From a virus (lineage: Duplodnaviria; Heunggongvirae; Uroviricota; Caudoviricetes), in the IMG/VR virus record IMGVR_UViG_2671181094_000002: DNA of 38,185 bases, one strand, 5' to 3'. The position numbers and the translations under genes are program-made. Shown piece by piece: positions 37,915-38,185 of the stretch. Every line of letters begins with the position of its first letter. Position 1 is the first letter of the stretch. The notes under the pieces are model-generated. The model worked only from the letters and a program-made list of their open reading frames with translations, was not told where the DNA came from and ran no database searches.

Positions 37915-38185
37915 CCTCGCGCATACAACCGGGCAGCGATGTGATTGTCTGCGCTGAAATGGACGAACAGTGGGGCTACGTAGGTGCTAAATCACGTCAG
38001 CGCTGGCTGTTTTACGCGTATGACAGGATACGGAGGACGGTTGTGGCGCACGTCTTCGGTGAACGCACTCTGGCCACACTGGAGCGTCTTCTGAGCCTGC
38101 TGTCGGCCTTTGACGTGGTGATATGGATGACGGATGGCTGGCCGCTGTATGAATCCCGCCTGAAGGGAAAGCTGCACGTAATCAG
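37833..38185 (+). CDS. insB: IS1 InsB' (transposase frame, partial; normally expressed as InsAB' by -1 frameshift)
   Basis: Frame reading [79 protein letters not shown]... continues to window end. Confidence 0.75.
   Translation, partial: MPGNRPHYGRWPQHDFTSLKKLRPQSVTSRIQPGSDVIVCAEMDEQWGYVGAKSRQRWLFYAYDRIRRTVVAHVFGERTLATLERLLSLLSAFDVVIWMTDGWPLYESRLKGKLHVI

Larger units (their letters stand above)
37584..38185 (+). mobile_element. IS1 family insertion sequence (left end with terminal inverted repeat; right end beyond window)
   Basis: Terminal repeat ggtgatgctgccaacttactgatttagtgtatgatggtgtttttgaggtgctccagtggcttc, insA and insB' frames with A6C frameshift motif (ttaaaaaactc); several substitutions relative to the IS1 I remember. 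Confidence 0.9.

Overview
This window is almost entirely a full-length lambdoid prophage, read here in reverse of the conventional lambda map, followed by its chromosomal flank. From 1 to about 33,790 it runs tail genes (I partial, K, L, M, H, G/T, V, U, Z), a head/packaging module, a phage 21/DLP12-type lysis cassette (S, R, Rz/Rz1), an NmpC-family porin gene, Q, a nin region (ylcG, rusA, Dam-like methyltransferase, ninE, ninB, ren), then lambda-type replication and immunity genes (P, O with ori iterons, cII, cro, OR, cI, OL/pL, N), the recombination region (sieB, ral, ea10, cIII, kil, gam, bet, exo, small orfs), xis, int and attL. The flank carries ybhC, REP repeats, ybhJ and a partial IS1 inserted at the ybhJ 5' end. 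The prophage is mosaic: the early, immunity and integration modules are lambda-like, the Q-lysis module is DLP12/21-like, and the head genes differ from lambda (protease-scaffold-capsid in one ORF). The most interesting locus is a 301-aa gene that replaces rexAB directly downstream of cI, in an AT-rich block with its own terminator; it is a candidate lysogen-expressed anti-phage (abortive infection) gene. A second AT-rich island encoding a 200-aa membrane protein replaces ea8.5/ea22 near xis. All assignments come from reading the translations and motifs by eye; no database search was run. Coordinates I derived by hand (not from the ORF track) may be off by a few nt, and I found a 1-nt inconsistency between my reading and the track near 12,120.
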